From Candidatus Latescibacterota bacterium (GTDB lineage Bacteria > Latescibacterota > CBDEFO01), in contig OZ252149.1 of NCBI GenBank assembly GCA_965248755.1, positions 4,384,001 through 4,448,000 of the forward strand: 64,000 nucleotides of DNA. Reading direction: 5' to 3'. A program made the position numbers and the translations under genes. Of this stretch, positions 12,358 through 22,916 are shown piece by piece. The first letter of the stretch is position 1. Each line of letters begins with the position of its first letter. The notes below the pieces were generated by a model. That model searched no databases. It was not told the DNA's origin and saw only the letters and a list, made by a program, of their open reading frames with translations.

Positions 12358-12473
12358 CGGACAAAAAATGCTCTGCAATTAACAAAAATTACGCTATGGG
12401 GTATAATTCTGAAAGAGAGGGGAAGAATACAGATTGTCAAGTTTGCTGAAATTCAAAGCAGAGGGAAAGGGCC

Positions 12474-13352
12474 ATGAGAGACTTTTCGGAACGTTTGAAG
12501 CAAGAGATTTTAGTGTCTGAGTGCGCTATGGGGACTATGCTTCAAGGCATAGGGCTTCAGACGGGCGTGGAATTCGGGGAGGAGTGGAACCTTACGGCAA
12601 GGGAGAAGGTTCAGTCGATTCACAAAGCAAACATAGATGCGGGAGCAGATATTGTATTTACAAATACGTTTGGGGCAAATAGGTTCAGACTTGAGCATTA
12701 CGGACTTGCCGAGAAGAGCGGGGAAATCAATAGTAAAGCTGCCGAGAACATTAGGGAGATAGCGCCAGATTCCGTGTATGTGGCCGGGAATATGGGCCCT
12801 TCGGGAGGGATACTGGAAATCTGGGGTGGAAATAAGTCCCCTGAGGAGATATATGAGGCGTTCGTGGAACAGGTATTGGCTCTTTCAGACGGAGGAATAG
12901 ACCTGGTGATAGTTGAGACTATGATGGACCTGGAGGAGGCTAAGATCGCAGCTCGGGCTTCAAAAGAGAATACAAACCTTCCCGTAATAGTTTCTATGTC
13001 TTTCGATAAGGATAGGAACGGTTACAGGACTCCCTGGGGGATAAGCCCTCAGATGGCGGTGGAAGAATTAGCTGCCGCAGGCGCAGATGTGGTGGGAGCA
13101 AATTGTCAGATTACCATAGCAGATATGGTAGGTTTAGCGGCTGAATTTAGGGCGTGCACAGACATGCCCATCATAGTGCAGCCGAACGCCGGAAATCCGG
13201 AGATGATAAAAGGAGTCACGTATTACAGACAGACAGCCCGGGACATGGCAGAATACTTAGACGAGCTTATAGCGGAAGGTCCTAATATAGTAGGCGGCTG
13301 CTGCGGCACAACTCCCGAGTACACAGAGCTGGTGGCCGAAAAAGTCAAGTAA
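12474..13352 (+). CDS. Homocysteine S-methyltransferase family protein (stand-alone Hcy-binding domain)
   Basis: AMGT, DAGADIVFTNTFGAN, Zn ligands GANC and GGCCGTTP. Confidence 0.9.
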   Translation: MRDFSERLKQEILVSECAMGTMLQGIGLQTGVEFGEEWNLTAREKVQSIHKANIDAGADIVFTNTFGANRFRLEHYGLAEKSGEINSKAAENIREIAPDSVYVAGNMGPSGGILEIWGGNKSPEEIYEAFVEQVLALSDGGIDLVIVETMMDLEEAKIAARASKENTNLPVIVSMSFDKDRNGYRTPWGISPQMAVEELAAAGADVVGANCQITIADMVGLAAEFRACTDMPIIVQPNAGNPEMIKGVTYYRQTARDMAEYLDELIAEGPNIVGGCCGTTPEYTELVAEKVK

Positions 13353-13365
13353 CAGGGCGTGATAG

Positions 13366-14208
13366 ATGGGATTTATAATCGTCAGCCTTTTTATGTTTGC
13401 CACCTTCAGTCAGTTTATGAAGTTGACTGTGCACAAAGGATACAATCGCTTTGCCATAGCAACCATAAACTATTTGGTTGCCGCTCTGGCGGTGGGCTTG
13501 TATGAGCTGAATATAGGGATTTGTAAGTTCAACGGAAAAGTTATCGGGTTGGGGATATTGACGGGAATCTCTTTTACCGCGGGTCTGCTGTCCCAATTTA
13601 GGGGGATAGGGATAGGAGGGCTGTCAGTAACTCAGACTGTATCTCGGCTCTCCGTGTTGGTTCCTATCAGTCTGTCGATAATCATCTGGCACGAGACTCC
13701 AAGTTCGGGGCAAATAGCAGGGATACTATTCATCGTGTTGGCCTTAGTGTTGCTTAGCAAGAAAAGTAGCGTGGTCGTCTCCGAGAATTCGAGCAGATGG
13801 TCTGTGTGGATTCTGCTTTCGCTTATTATCCCTGCAGGTGCGAGCTCGACGATGTCGAAATTAGTGCACGAGGTGGGCTTGGACGACTACAGATCGGCCT
13901 ATCTTTTTGTGCTTTATATATCTGCGACAGTTTTATCGGGGGCAGTTTTTTATTTTAAGAGGGATAAGATAAGCCGAGTGGAAGTTCTTATAGGGGTCTT
14001 GTTGGGGTTATGTAACGTGTCAGGAGTGTGGAGTCTGCTGATAGCTTTATCACAGCTCAAAGGTGTGGTGGCCTTTCCTATTATGAGCTCGGGCGCGGTG
14101 ATCATAGTAACTATATTATCTACGGTGATATGGAAGGAGCATCTGCCATTGAGGGGTGTCTTTGGAATCCTGTGCGCTGTGGCGGCGCTGATACTTGTAA
14201 ATCTGTGA
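13366..14208 (+). CDS. DMT/EamA family transporter
   Basis: About 10 hydrophobic segments in two repeats ending IIWHE / VIWKE. Confidence 0.8.
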   Translation: MGFIIVSLFMFATFSQFMKLTVHKGYNRFAIATINYLVAALAVGLYELNIGICKFNGKVIGLGILTGISFTAGLLSQFRGIGIGGLSVTQTVSRLSVLVPISLSIIIWHETPSSGQIAGILFIVLALVLLSKKSSVVVSENSSRWSVWILLSLIIPAGASSTMSKLVHEVGLDDYRSAYLFVLYISATVLSGAVFYFKRDKISRVEVLIGVLLGLCNVSGVWSLLIALSQLKGVVAFPIMSSGAVIIVTILSTVIWKEHLPLRGVFGILCAVAALILVNL

Positions 14209-14353
14209 AATTACCCTATTGGCCCTCTACTGTGAGCCGCATCACAGTACAGATGCTAATATGTGATTACATTTGACAATAAGGCAATTTTGAATTACTC
14301 GTTGCCGGAGCGTTTTTCGGATTTTTAGGGCTTTAACAATAAAAAGGCATACG

Positions 14354-17300
14354 ATGAGAACAATGCTCATATTTCCGGCTCTGCTCCTTGTAATACTATC
14401 CTTCATAATTGATGTTCAAGCACAACAAAACAGTAAGTACGTTGAACATCAAGTGATTGTTAAGATGAGTGGAAAGATTCAAGCAGCGGATATCGTAACT
14501 ATGAGAGAGAACCTTAATGCTTCAGTGCTCAAGAAATTTTGGATCGTTAACGCTGAACTTTGGGAAACACCCGGAATTACCGTGGAAGATGCTATCTATC
14601 AATATCGTAATGACCCTCGTATCGAATATATTGAACCGAACTATCGTGTCTGGGCTGTTCAAACTATCCCGAACGATACCAGCTTTTCTCAGCTTTGGGG
14701 ATTGCACAATATCGGGCAGATAGGCGGAACAGTCGATGCAGACATCGATGCTGTTGAGGCCTGGGACATCCAAACCGGAGATTCCGTGTTGGTGGGCGTA
14801 ATAGATACAGGCGTAGACTGGACGCACGAAGACCTTGCGGATAATATCTGGACTAATCCGGGAGAGATCCCAGATAACGGTATTGATGATGATGGAAACG
14901 GTTACATCGATGACGTCAGAGGATGGGACTTTGTAAACAAGGATAATGATCCTATGGACGACAATGGTCACGGAACTCACGTAGCCGGGACCATTGCTGC
15001 TGTCGGAAATAATGGAATAGGCGTTGTTGGAGTCTCTTGGTCGGCACAAATAATGCCGCTTAAGTTTTTGGAAGCCGATGGTTCCGGAATTACCTCCGAT
15101 GCGATTCTGGCAATAGAATATGCGATGATTATGAGGTCAAAATTAACTAACAATAGTTGGGGTAGCAGTGGATTCTCCCAAGCTTTATATGATGTGATAG
15201 CTGTTTCAGGGAACGCTAACATCCTCTTCATAGCCGCCGCAGGGAATGGAGGTGATGATAACATCGGAGATGATAATGATCAGGTTCCCCACTATCCCTC
15301 CAACTACGATTTGGACAATATCATTTCCGTTGCGTCTACAGATCACAACGATGTAAGATCTCCCTTCTCCAACTTCGGCCTTACCTCAGTCGATCTAGGA
15401 GCTCCGAGCTCAAGTATTCTCAGCACGGTGCCAGGAGATACTTACAGCTTTCTCATCGGGACCTCTATGGCTACACCACATGTGTCCGGCGCTGCCGCTT
15501 TGATTTGGGCTCAATATCCAGATCTGACGAATCTTCAGGTCAAGAATAGGATTATGAGCACTGTAGATCCGATCCCTGCGTTAGGTGGCAGATCGGTTAC
15601 AGGTGGAAGACTGAATGCCTTTGGTGCATTAGCAGGACCGGATAGTATCCCACCGGATACCGTGACCGATTTAGCCGCAGCAGACCCGACCTCAAATTCT
15701 ATAACGCTTACATGGACAGCCAGCGGCGATGACAGCACCTTCGGCACAGCAGCGTATTATGATATCCGATATGTAACCTCTCCGATCGATTTCGGGAATT
15801 TTGATTTGGCTACTGAAGTTTTGAACGAACCGGATCCTCAAGAGGCTGGTTCTACGGAGACGTTCACAACGGGTGGACTAGGTTTCAATACGACCTACTA
15901 TTTTGCCCTGAAAGTTTTTGATGAGCAGGGGAATGGGTCAGAAGTCTCTAACTCGCCATCGGCTGCCACGTTGGGCATACCCGATATTTCAGTTACACCG
16001 GATTCTCTGAGCGATAGTCTGCTCACAGCAAGCGCATCTACTCAAATCCTGACTATATACAATGTAGGAGAGGGAACGTTAGACTTTACTTTTCCGGATT
16101 TTGCTTCTGCCGCTTTATTAAACACGCCAGGGATTGAAAGGAACGACGTCTCAAGTCGTTTTGAGCATTTAGAACTCGAAAAGGGGCTGACAGATCTGCA
16201 AGAGGGGAATCCCCTCCTTTTAGGAGCAGGAGGCCCAGATGGCTTTGGCTATCGGTGGATCGATAGCGATGAACCGGGTGGACCCATCTTTAACTGGATT
16301 GAAATATCGAAAGTCGGGACATCGATATTGTTACTTGATGATGATGTTGAGGAAGTCGCTCTGCCTTTTACATTTCCGTTTTATGGAGAAGCAAAGACAA
16401 CCCTCAAGATCTCCTCGAATGGCTATCTTGCGTTTAGTGCAGATGGGACAGATTTCTCAAATGATCCTATTCCAGATCCTGTTGATCCCAATGACTTAAT
16501 TGCGCCATTTTGGGACGATTTGAATCCGAGCGCTGACGACACTATCTTTTACTATCACGACACTGATCAAAATCGATTTATTGTGCAGTACACTGGGCTT
16601 CCTCACTATGATGTTGGAGGGCCCTACACTTTCCAAGTTATCTTGTACCCTGATGGCAGTATGCTCTTTCAGTATCTGGATATGCTCCCTCCTTTGGATA
16701 GTGCCACGATAGGCGTCGAAAACCTAGATGCTTCCGATGGCTTACAAGTAGCTTTTAACACAGACTTTATCCATGATAGTCTCGCCGTTAGTATCTCAGC
16801 TATTCCTCAATGGTTAAGCCTTAATCCTGTATCTGGCACTCTTCTACCGGGTTCATCGGCGGACATTGCTGTAAACTTCGATGCAACAGGTTTGAACGGC
16901 GGCAATTATGATGCACATATTGTGATTGCAAGCAACGATCCGGATGAGCCACAGGTACGAGTTCCTGCGCATCTGCATGTGACAGGTGTGCCGGATATTG
17001 CTGTTTCCCCGGATACTTTGGATTATGGCTTTGCCCTCATTGGAGCATCTGTCGACGATACGCTGATTGTCTCGAATATAGGGACCGATACATTGACGGT
17101 GAGCAGCATTGTATCGGACAATCCAAATTATACCGTAGATTTAACCGGTCTTAGCTTATCTCCCGGAGAAAGTCAGGAGGCGTTGGTAAGTTTTGCGCCG
17201 GTAGATACAGGAATAAGTAGCGGGACATTGACGATAACAAGTGATGATCCGGATGCACCCATGGTGACGGTGACGCTAACTGGCGAGGGATTAATTGCAC

Positions 17301-19426
17301 CGAATATTTCTGTTTCTCCAGATTCGTTAAGTGCAGATTTGCGAACTGGAGAGACATCGGAACAGTTATTGACAATCAAGAACACCGGTGGCAGTGATTT
17401 GACTTTTGATATTTCGATTGAAGGATTGGCAGCTGCTTCAGTGTTGGTAGAAGTTAGTTCCAGGAGTTTCGAGCGAAGATTAACTATTCAATTGCAGGAT
17501 AATCCACAAAAGGAATGGAGCGACTATCGGCAAATTCGTCAGGTAAAGATGGCGATGAAGAAGCTACATCGCAAGGAAGATGCTCTGAGAACGTCGCTTC
17601 CTGTTGTGATAGAGGATCCTGTTGGTGATGGCGGCGTTGTTGACGTAACCGTTCTTCGGGGCGCCAGTACATCGAACAAACTTCAGATCGAGATGCAATT
17701 TAATACAGAAATTGATCCATTCAATTTTGGCGGTTTTCTTTCACTTGATATAGATCAAAACCCCAGTACAGGTCTTCCTCCAACTTTCGGGTTCGCTGGA
17801 CAAGATATCGGTGCAGATTATGAATTTCGGTTTTTCACAGTTAGCAGCGGTTTCGTGGGACTTTATGATGTCATATCAGGTTTTGTAGGTGCCTATCCTG
17901 TTGAAGTTGGGATACATACCTTGCGTTTTTCTGCACCGCTGTCTGATATTGGCAATGATGATGGAAACATGGATGTCACGGGAGCTATAGGAGACGCATT
18001 TGGCTCTACGGATTGGTTCCCAGATGCAGGTCATGGAACTATCAATGGCGTCAGTTGGTTGTCAGTAACGCCCACCTTGGGCACCGTGCCAACAGGTAGC
18101 AGCGTGGACATTGCAATAATCTTTGATACCACGGACTTGGACATCGGTGATTACAACGCCAACATCGTGGTGAGAAGCAACGATCCGGATGAGCCAGAAG
18201 TTCGAGTTCCTGCACATGTGCATGTAAGGGAAAATAGCTCACCCGGATCCTTTACCCGATTACTCCCTGCAGATAGCAGTCTTGTCCTGCCTCAAGCCGT
18301 AATCTTCCGCTGGACAGCGGCTCCCGATGTGGATATGATTATCTATTCGCTGTCCATCAGCGTAAATGGGATCGATATGACCTTCACCTTGAAAGACACT
18401 ACACTGACGCTTGATTTCCAGACGTTCGGCTTGCCGAACGATCAGCTTCCGTTGACATGGTCTGTGCTCGCCTCCGACGGCATTTCAACCTCAGCCCCTA
18501 CCAACAGGCAAGGACACTTCACGCTGGATAACCTCTTCCTGTTTGGCGATCCTTCGGGCAACATTTCAATCAGCGCTTTTGATGCCACATTGGTGCTGCG
18601 ACACTCCGTGGGACTTTTGACGCTGGCAGGCAGTGCCGCGCTGGCCTCGGATGTCTCCGGAAATGGCCTGATCAGTGCCTTTGATGCCTCCTTGATCCTG
18701 CAATACGTCGTCGGGATCATCGACTGTTTTCCTGTCGCTCAGGGCTGTGGGGCACCACTGGCTAAGAGGACAAGCGTTAGAGGTACACTCGGCTGGTCTG
18801 ATGTCAGATCGGTCGATCTTTCTGAACTTGTTAGTCTGCCTATCCTCTGGAGCGGAGAAGTAGGAAGGGTTACTTCAGCGCAGTTCACCGTCCAGATTGA
18901 CCCGACGCAGGTGACGGTTGAAAAAGTAGTCGCTCATGTACCTCAAGACTGGCAGTTGGTCTATAGCTTGGGGGACAGTGTGCTGTATGTAGCGATGGCC
19001 GGGGTGACCCCAATCTCGGCAGGCGATCTGGCAACTATCACACTGCAGGTGCACGATCCAGTAGCACAGGTAACACTGCACGGTGTGGGGTTCGTGAATG
19101 AAAACGCTGTACAGGAGCTCGGCGCGGTTGCGATCTCACAGGCGCCGACAGAATATGTCTTAGAGCAGAACTATCCCAATCCGTTCAACCCTACCACAGA
19201 GATTATGTATCAGCTGCCAGGGGCTTCGGAGGTACACCTGGTCATCTACGACCTATTGGGTCAAAAGGTGCGGACTCTGGTGAACACTCAACAGGCGGCG
19301 GGGTTCTATAGAGTCCAGTGGGACGGACAAAATGACGCGGGTGTGGATGTCGCATCGGGCGTCTATGTGCATCGAATCTGGACGAAGAACTATCAGCAGA
19401 CGAGGAAGATGTTGCTGTTGAAATAA
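14354..19426 (+). CDS. Secreted multidomain S8 (subtilisin) serine protease with FN3/Ig repeats, dockerin, cohesin-like domain and FlgD-Ig/T9SS-like tail
   Basis: Signal peptide; catalytic triad VIDTG, HGTHVAG, GTSMATP; repeated SNDPDEP Ig modules; duplicated GDxSGNxxISAFDA; tail LEQNYPNPFNPTT...WDG...KMLLLK. Confidence 0.92.
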   Translation: MRTMLIFPALLLVILSFIIDVQAQQNSKYVEHQVIVKMSGKIQAADIVTMRENLNASVLKKFWIVNAELWETPGITVEDAIYQYRNDPRIEYIEPNYRVWAVQTIPNDTSFSQLWGLHNIGQIGGTVDADIDAVEAWDIQTGDSVLVGVIDTGVDWTHEDLADNIWTNPGEIPDNGIDDDGNGYIDDVRGWDFVNKDNDPMDDNGHGTHVAGTIAAVGNNGIGVVGVSWSAQIMPLKFLEADGSGITSDAILAIEYAMIMRSKLTNNSWGSSGFSQALYDVIAVSGNANILFIAAAGNGGDDNIGDDNDQVPHYPSNYDLDNIISVASTDHNDVRSPFSNFGLTSVDLGAPSSSILSTVPGDTYSFLIGTSMATPHVSGAAALIWAQYPDLTNLQVKNRIMSTVDPIPALGGRSVTGGRLNAFGALAGPDSIPPDTVTDLAAADPTSNSITLTWTASGDDSTFGTAAYYDIRYVTSPIDFGNFDLATEVLNEPDPQEAGSTETFTTGGLGFNTTYYFALKVFDEQGNGSEVSNSPSAATLGIPDISVTPDSLSDSLLTASASTQILTIYNVGEGTLDFTFPDFASAALLNTPGIERNDVSSRFEHLELEKGLTDLQEGNPLLLGAGGPDGFGYRWIDSDEPGGPIFNWIEISKVGTSILLLDDDVEEVALPFTFPFYGEAKTTLKISSNGYLAFSADGTDFSNDPIPDPVDPNDLIAPFWDDLNPSADDTIFYYHDTDQNRFIVQYTGLPHYDVGGPYTFQVILYPDGSMLFQYLDMLPPLDSATIGVENLDASDGLQVAFNTDFIHDSLAVSISAIPQWLSLNPVSGTLLPGSSADIAVNFDATGLNGGNYDAHIVIASNDPDEPQVRVPAHLHVTGVPDIAVSPDTLDYGFALIGASVDDTLIVSNIGTDTLTVSSIVSDNPNYTVDLTGLSLSPGESQEALVSFAPVDTGISSGTLTITSDDPDAPMVTVTLTGEGLIAPNISVSPDSLSADLRTGETSEQLLTIKNTGGSDLTFDISIEGLAAASVLVEVSSRSFERRLTIQLQDNPQKEWSDYRQIRQVKMAMKKLHRKEDALRTSLPVVIEDPVGDGGVVDVTVLRGASTSNKLQIEMQFNTEIDPFNFGGFLSLDIDQNPSTGLPPTFGFAGQDIGADYEFRFFTVSSGFVGLYDVISGFVGAYPVEVGIHTLRFSAPLSDIGNDDGNMDVTGAIGDAFGSTDWFPDAGHGTINGVSWLSVTPTLGTVPTGSSVDIAIIFDTTDLDIGDYNANIVVRSNDPDEPEVRVPAHVHVRENSSPGSFTRLLPADSSLVLPQAVIFRWTAAPDVDMIIYSLSISVNGIDMTFTLKDTTLTLDFQTFGLPNDQLPLTWSVLASDGISTSAPTNRQGHFTLDNLFLFGDPSGNISISAFDATLVLRHSVGLLTLAGSAALASDVSGNGLISAFDASLILQYVVGIIDCFPVAQGCGAPLAKRTSVRGTLGWSDVRSVDLSELVSLPILWSGEVGRVTSAQFTVQIDPTQVTVEKVVAHVPQDWQLVYSLGDSVLYVAMAGVTPISAGDLATITLQVHDPVAQVTLHGVGFVNENAVQELGAVAISQAPTEYVLEQNYPNPFNPTTEIMYQLPGASEVHLVIYDLLGQKVRTLVNTQQAAGFYRVQWDGQNDAGVDVASGVYVHRIWTKNYQQTRKMLLLK

Positions 19427-19606
19427 CAAATAAACTGCATAAGTCTCTCCAAACTCATATAAATCACCACGCAAAAGAACGATGTGTTCCTCTTTCATCT
19501 GTCCATCTGTTCTGCTTACCTTTGCAAAGATGTTCTGATTTCCCCTAACCTCCTAAGTATCCTATCATATTCCCGACTTGTGCAGAAAGGCTACACGAGT
19601 TTTACC

Positions 19607-19635
19607 TTGACACTGAGGGCTTTTTTAGCTAAATT
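19607..19635 (+). promoter_or_regulatory. Putative sigma70 promoter of the DUF2723 locus
   Basis: TTGACA-17 bp-TAAATT. Confidence 0.45.
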
Positions 19636-19722
19636 TCTGGAAGTTAAGAGAGCTGAGTAACCATTGAAATTGCAGTTTAGATAATTGTGCTATTTAGAGA
19701 TCCTTAAGGGAGAAAAAATTCG

Positions 19723-22257
19723 TTGATAATGGTCAATCACAAAACGACTAACAGAGTTATTGCAGGAGCAATATTCTTAACTGTTTTAGGGGTCTATCTG
19801 AAGACTGTGGCACCTACGGTCTCCTTCTGGGACTGCGGAGAGTTCATAGCATCGTCTTACATAATGGGTGTTCCGCATCCACCGGGGACCCCGCTCTATG
19901 TTCTTATAGGGAGGCTGTTCAGTCTACTTCCGATAGGAGGAGAGATCGCCTGGAGGGTTAATATAATATCTTCTTTAAGCAGCGCGCTGGCGGTTCTGAT
20001 GATATACTTGGTTACTGTACGCTTAATCTTGCTCTGGAGTGGAATTGGATTTTCTACGATTGAATCACAGACGGAAGACCTGTCACTTACGGAGCTTATC
20101 CCCGCATATGCAGGCGGAGCTATGGCGGCGTTCTGTGTGGCTTTTTCAGACACATTCTGGTTCAACGCAGTGGAGGCTGAAGTCTATGGTTCTTCTGTTT
20201 TGGTGACTATGTTGGCCGTGTGGCTGGCGATGTTGTGGATGGAACGGCACGATGATCATGAAAGCGACAAGATATTGCTCTTTACAGCTTATCTGTTCGG
20301 ACTGGGGAGCGGGATGCATCTTCTGTCTCTTTTGACTATTCCGAGTATTTTGATATTGATACTCTTTACAAATGCAAGACCGCTCAAGAATCCTAAACTG
20401 TGGATCGCAGCTATATCCCTCTTTATTTTAGGGTGGTCTACGGTTTTTGCGCTCTACATAAGGTCCGGATTGAATCCGGCTATCGACGAGAATAATCCGG
20501 AAAATTTAGATAATTTTATGCAGTTCCTCCAAAGGAAACAGTACGGTCAAGAAAGCTTACTTGTGACTCTATTTAATCGAAAATCGGATTTCTGGGGATT
20601 TCAGGTATGGCATATGTTTGTGAAGTACTTCTTTCAGCAGTTTCCCCTCCCTGACGTGTTTCCATTTTCGCTATTTGGTAGGATCTCCCAGTTCAGAAAA
20701 GCTACAGCAAATGAGTATATGACAGTTAAGATCTCGCTTATCCCTTACATCCTGGGAATCGCAGGGATGTACGTCCATTTAAGGAAAGATTGGAAAAGAG
20801 CGCTTGCGTTTGTGGTGTTGTTTGTGATTATGGGATTCGGGTTGGTAGTGTACCTGAATATGCAAGATCCTCAGCCCAGAGAGAGGGATTATTTCTTCGT
20901 GGGGGCATTTACGATATTCGCCATGTGGATTGGAATAGCCCTGTCAGGAGTCTTAGATGGGTTGGCAGAATGGGTCAGGAAATCGGAAAGTAGATATGCT
21001 GTTATGGCTGTTGTAGTGTTGATATTTCTGGCGGTACCTGCGGGGATGTTAAAAGCGAACTATCACTCTCACGACAGGACAGGGGATTACGTTTCGTTCG
21101 ACTATGGATACAATATAATTCAATCGTGTGATCAGGACGCTATATTATTTACGAACGGGGATAACGATACATTCCCACTATGGTTCCTTCAGGAGGTTAT
21201 GCAGATAAGGAAGGATGTTAAAGTTGTAAATTTGAGCCTTTTGAACACGAACTGGTATATAAAACAGCTGAGGGATTTCGAGCCCAAGATTAAGATAGAG
21301 TACAGCGATAATTATATAGATAATGTGCTGTGCGGATCAACTACGGAGGCTGTGATGACCAGGAAATGGGATAAGGAACGGTTCGAAAAGGCGGTTGCCG
21401 CTGGGATGAAGTGGAAGATCCCATCTCCGGGTGGTAATTATAATATTCTCAGGATTCAGGACGTGATGGTCTATAATATCATACATTGGAATAAGTGGGA
21501 AAGGCCTGTATATTTCGCTGTGACTGCGGCAACGTCGAATATGATAGGTTTGAAGAGTGCAGGACATCTGATTATGGAGGGCATGGTCTTCCGCGTTATG
21601 AAGGATAAGGTAACAAGTTACAGAAACTTGGATCCAGAAAGGTCGAGGCATAACCTGTGGAATGTATATCAGTATAGAGGATTAAAGGACCCTGAGGTCT
21701 ATAAGGATGAGAACACTTTGAAGCTGTTGGCAAACTACAGGGCGGCGTATCTCCAGCTTGCCGACGTCTACAGGGTTATGAGAAGACCCGATGAGGCTGT
21801 AGAGACACTCAAAAGGTGCGATGAATTGGTACCTATGTACTGGGTGGACTACAGGGTGTCGTCCCAGATATTAGCTGCGGCGGGCAGGCGCGAAGAAGCG
21901 GGGGAGTTTTTAGAAAAGGGGCTGGAAGATGCCAAAAAGAAAGGAAGGAGCGCCCTTCTTCAGATCGCCTCTTCTCTTATAACGGACGCGCATAATTACG
22001 ACAGAGCGGTCAAAGTTTACAGAGAGGTGACAGAGGAATCTCCTTTTGAGAAGGACGCATACTACGGACTCGCGCTTGCCCTTGAGAAAAAGCAGGACTA
22101 CAAAGCCTCAATAGAAACTCTGGAGCACCTTCTGGAACTTTTTCCTGAAGATAAGAAGGCCAAAAGCGGCATCGAGGGGCTCAAGAAGTTAGCCAATGTG
22201 GAGAAAGAGGAAGGGGATGCAGGAAACAGTGAACAATCTGAGTCGGGAATACCTTGA
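19723..22257 (+). CDS. DUF2723 / TMEM260-like GT-C glycosyltransferase with C-terminal TPRs
   Basis: APTVSFWDCGEFI, VPHPPGTPL, AVEAEVY, QPRERDY, FTNGDNDTFPLW; TPR-like C-terminus. Confidence 0.9.
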   Translation: MIMVNHKTTNRVIAGAIFLTVLGVYLKTVAPTVSFWDCGEFIASSYIMGVPHPPGTPLYVLIGRLFSLLPIGGEIAWRVNIISSLSSALAVLMIYLVTVRLILLWSGIGFSTIESQTEDLSLTELIPAYAGGAMAAFCVAFSDTFWFNAVEAEVYGSSVLVTMLAVWLAMLWMERHDDHESDKILLFTAYLFGLGSGMHLLSLLTIPSILILILFTNARPLKNPKLWIAAISLFILGWSTVFALYIRSGLNPAIDENNPENLDNFMQFLQRKQYGQESLLVTLFNRKSDFWGFQVWHMFVKYFFQQFPLPDVFPFSLFGRISQFRKATANEYMTVKISLIPYILGIAGMYVHLRKDWKRALAFVVLFVIMGFGLVVYLNMQDPQPRERDYFFVGAFTIFAMWIGIALSGVLDGLAEWVRKSESRYAVMAVVVLIFLAVPAGMLKANYHSHDRTGDYVSFDYGYNIIQSCDQDAILFTNGDNDTFPLWFLQEVMQIRKDVKVVNLSLLNTNWYIKQLRDFEPKIKIEYSDNYIDNVLCGSTTEAVMTRKWDKERFEKAVAAGMKWKIPSPGGNYNILRIQDVMVYNIIHWNKWERPVYFAVTAATSNMIGLKSAGHLIMEGMVFRVMKDKVTSYRNLDPERSRHNLWNVYQYRGLKDPEVYKDENTLKLLANYRAAYLQLADVYRVMRRPDEAVETLKRCDELVPMYWVDYRVSSQILAAAGRREEAGEFLEKGLEDAKKKGRSALLQIASSLITDAHNYDRAVKVYREVTEESPFEKDAYYGLALALEKKQDYKASIETLEHLLELFPEDKKAKSGIEGLKKLANVEKEEGDAGNSEQSESGIP

Positions 22258-22459
22258 AGAAAGGAACAGCAAAGCTCAATCGTCTCCATACATTAATCTA
22301 TGGGAAGGAGCCAGGGAGGAGATGAAGAATTGGATAGACGATAAGGTGCTGGAAAGATACGTTGAGCCTCTGTACATTTGTGGCTCTATGAATGGAAGTT
22401 ATATAATCTACGCTTCACACGATTCATGGGCTGTTAAGAGGGAAAGGGATTATAAATGA
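22217..22459 (+). CDS. Small hypothetical protein, possible DnaA domain I / DciA-like KH fold
   Basis: ATG 22217 after GAGGAAGGGG, overlapping the DUF2723 3' end; LWEGAREEMK...YVEPL...NGSYIIYASHDSWA pattern. Confidence 0.4.
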   Translation: MQETVNNLSREYLEERNSKAQSSPYINLWEGAREEMKNWIDDKVLERYVEPLYICGSMNGSYIIYASHDSWAVKRERDYK

Positions 22460-22520
22460 CTGATCGAGGACGTAATCGGCTCACGATGGATGTAGTTGGA
22501 GAGTATTAATAGGGAACGTA

Positions 22521-22865
22521 ATGGCAGAGTGGATAAACAACTGGCAGGAGATAGAGCTTCCACCGGGATGGTCTGAGGTTTCGGTCCCCCAAAAGGATGG
22601 AAGAGTGCACTTTGATGGAAAAGTCAGGGAGTTTATACTCGGAGGGGAGAAAAACTACGGGGACTGCAAAAACAGGATAAGAATATTCTGGAACAGGAGA
22701 GAGGATGAAAAGCGGGGATGGGGTATATACCAGATGAAAAATGGGAAGGTCGCGTCTAAAATGATCGTAAGAGCAAAGAGGATAGCTCAAAAGGGGAGAG
22801 ACCCTGAAGAGTTCCCCACTGAGGAATTATTGGACACAGTAGATAGGTTTGAGATCTTCGATTAG
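22521..22865 (+). CDS. Hypothetical protein (114 aa)
   Basis: Co-oriented ORF with ATG and an AGGGA RBS-like site; no recognised family. Confidence 0.55.
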   Translation: MAEWINNWQEIELPPGWSEVSVPQKDGRVHFDGKVREFILGGEKNYGDCKNRIRIFWNRREDEKRGWGIYQMKNGKVASKMIVRAKRIAQKGRDPEEFPTEELLDTVDRFEIFD

Positions 22866-22916
22866 AGATAGGAGTGCATGGTAGGGTCAAGGATACAATT
22901 CAAGAGAGGATAGGTT

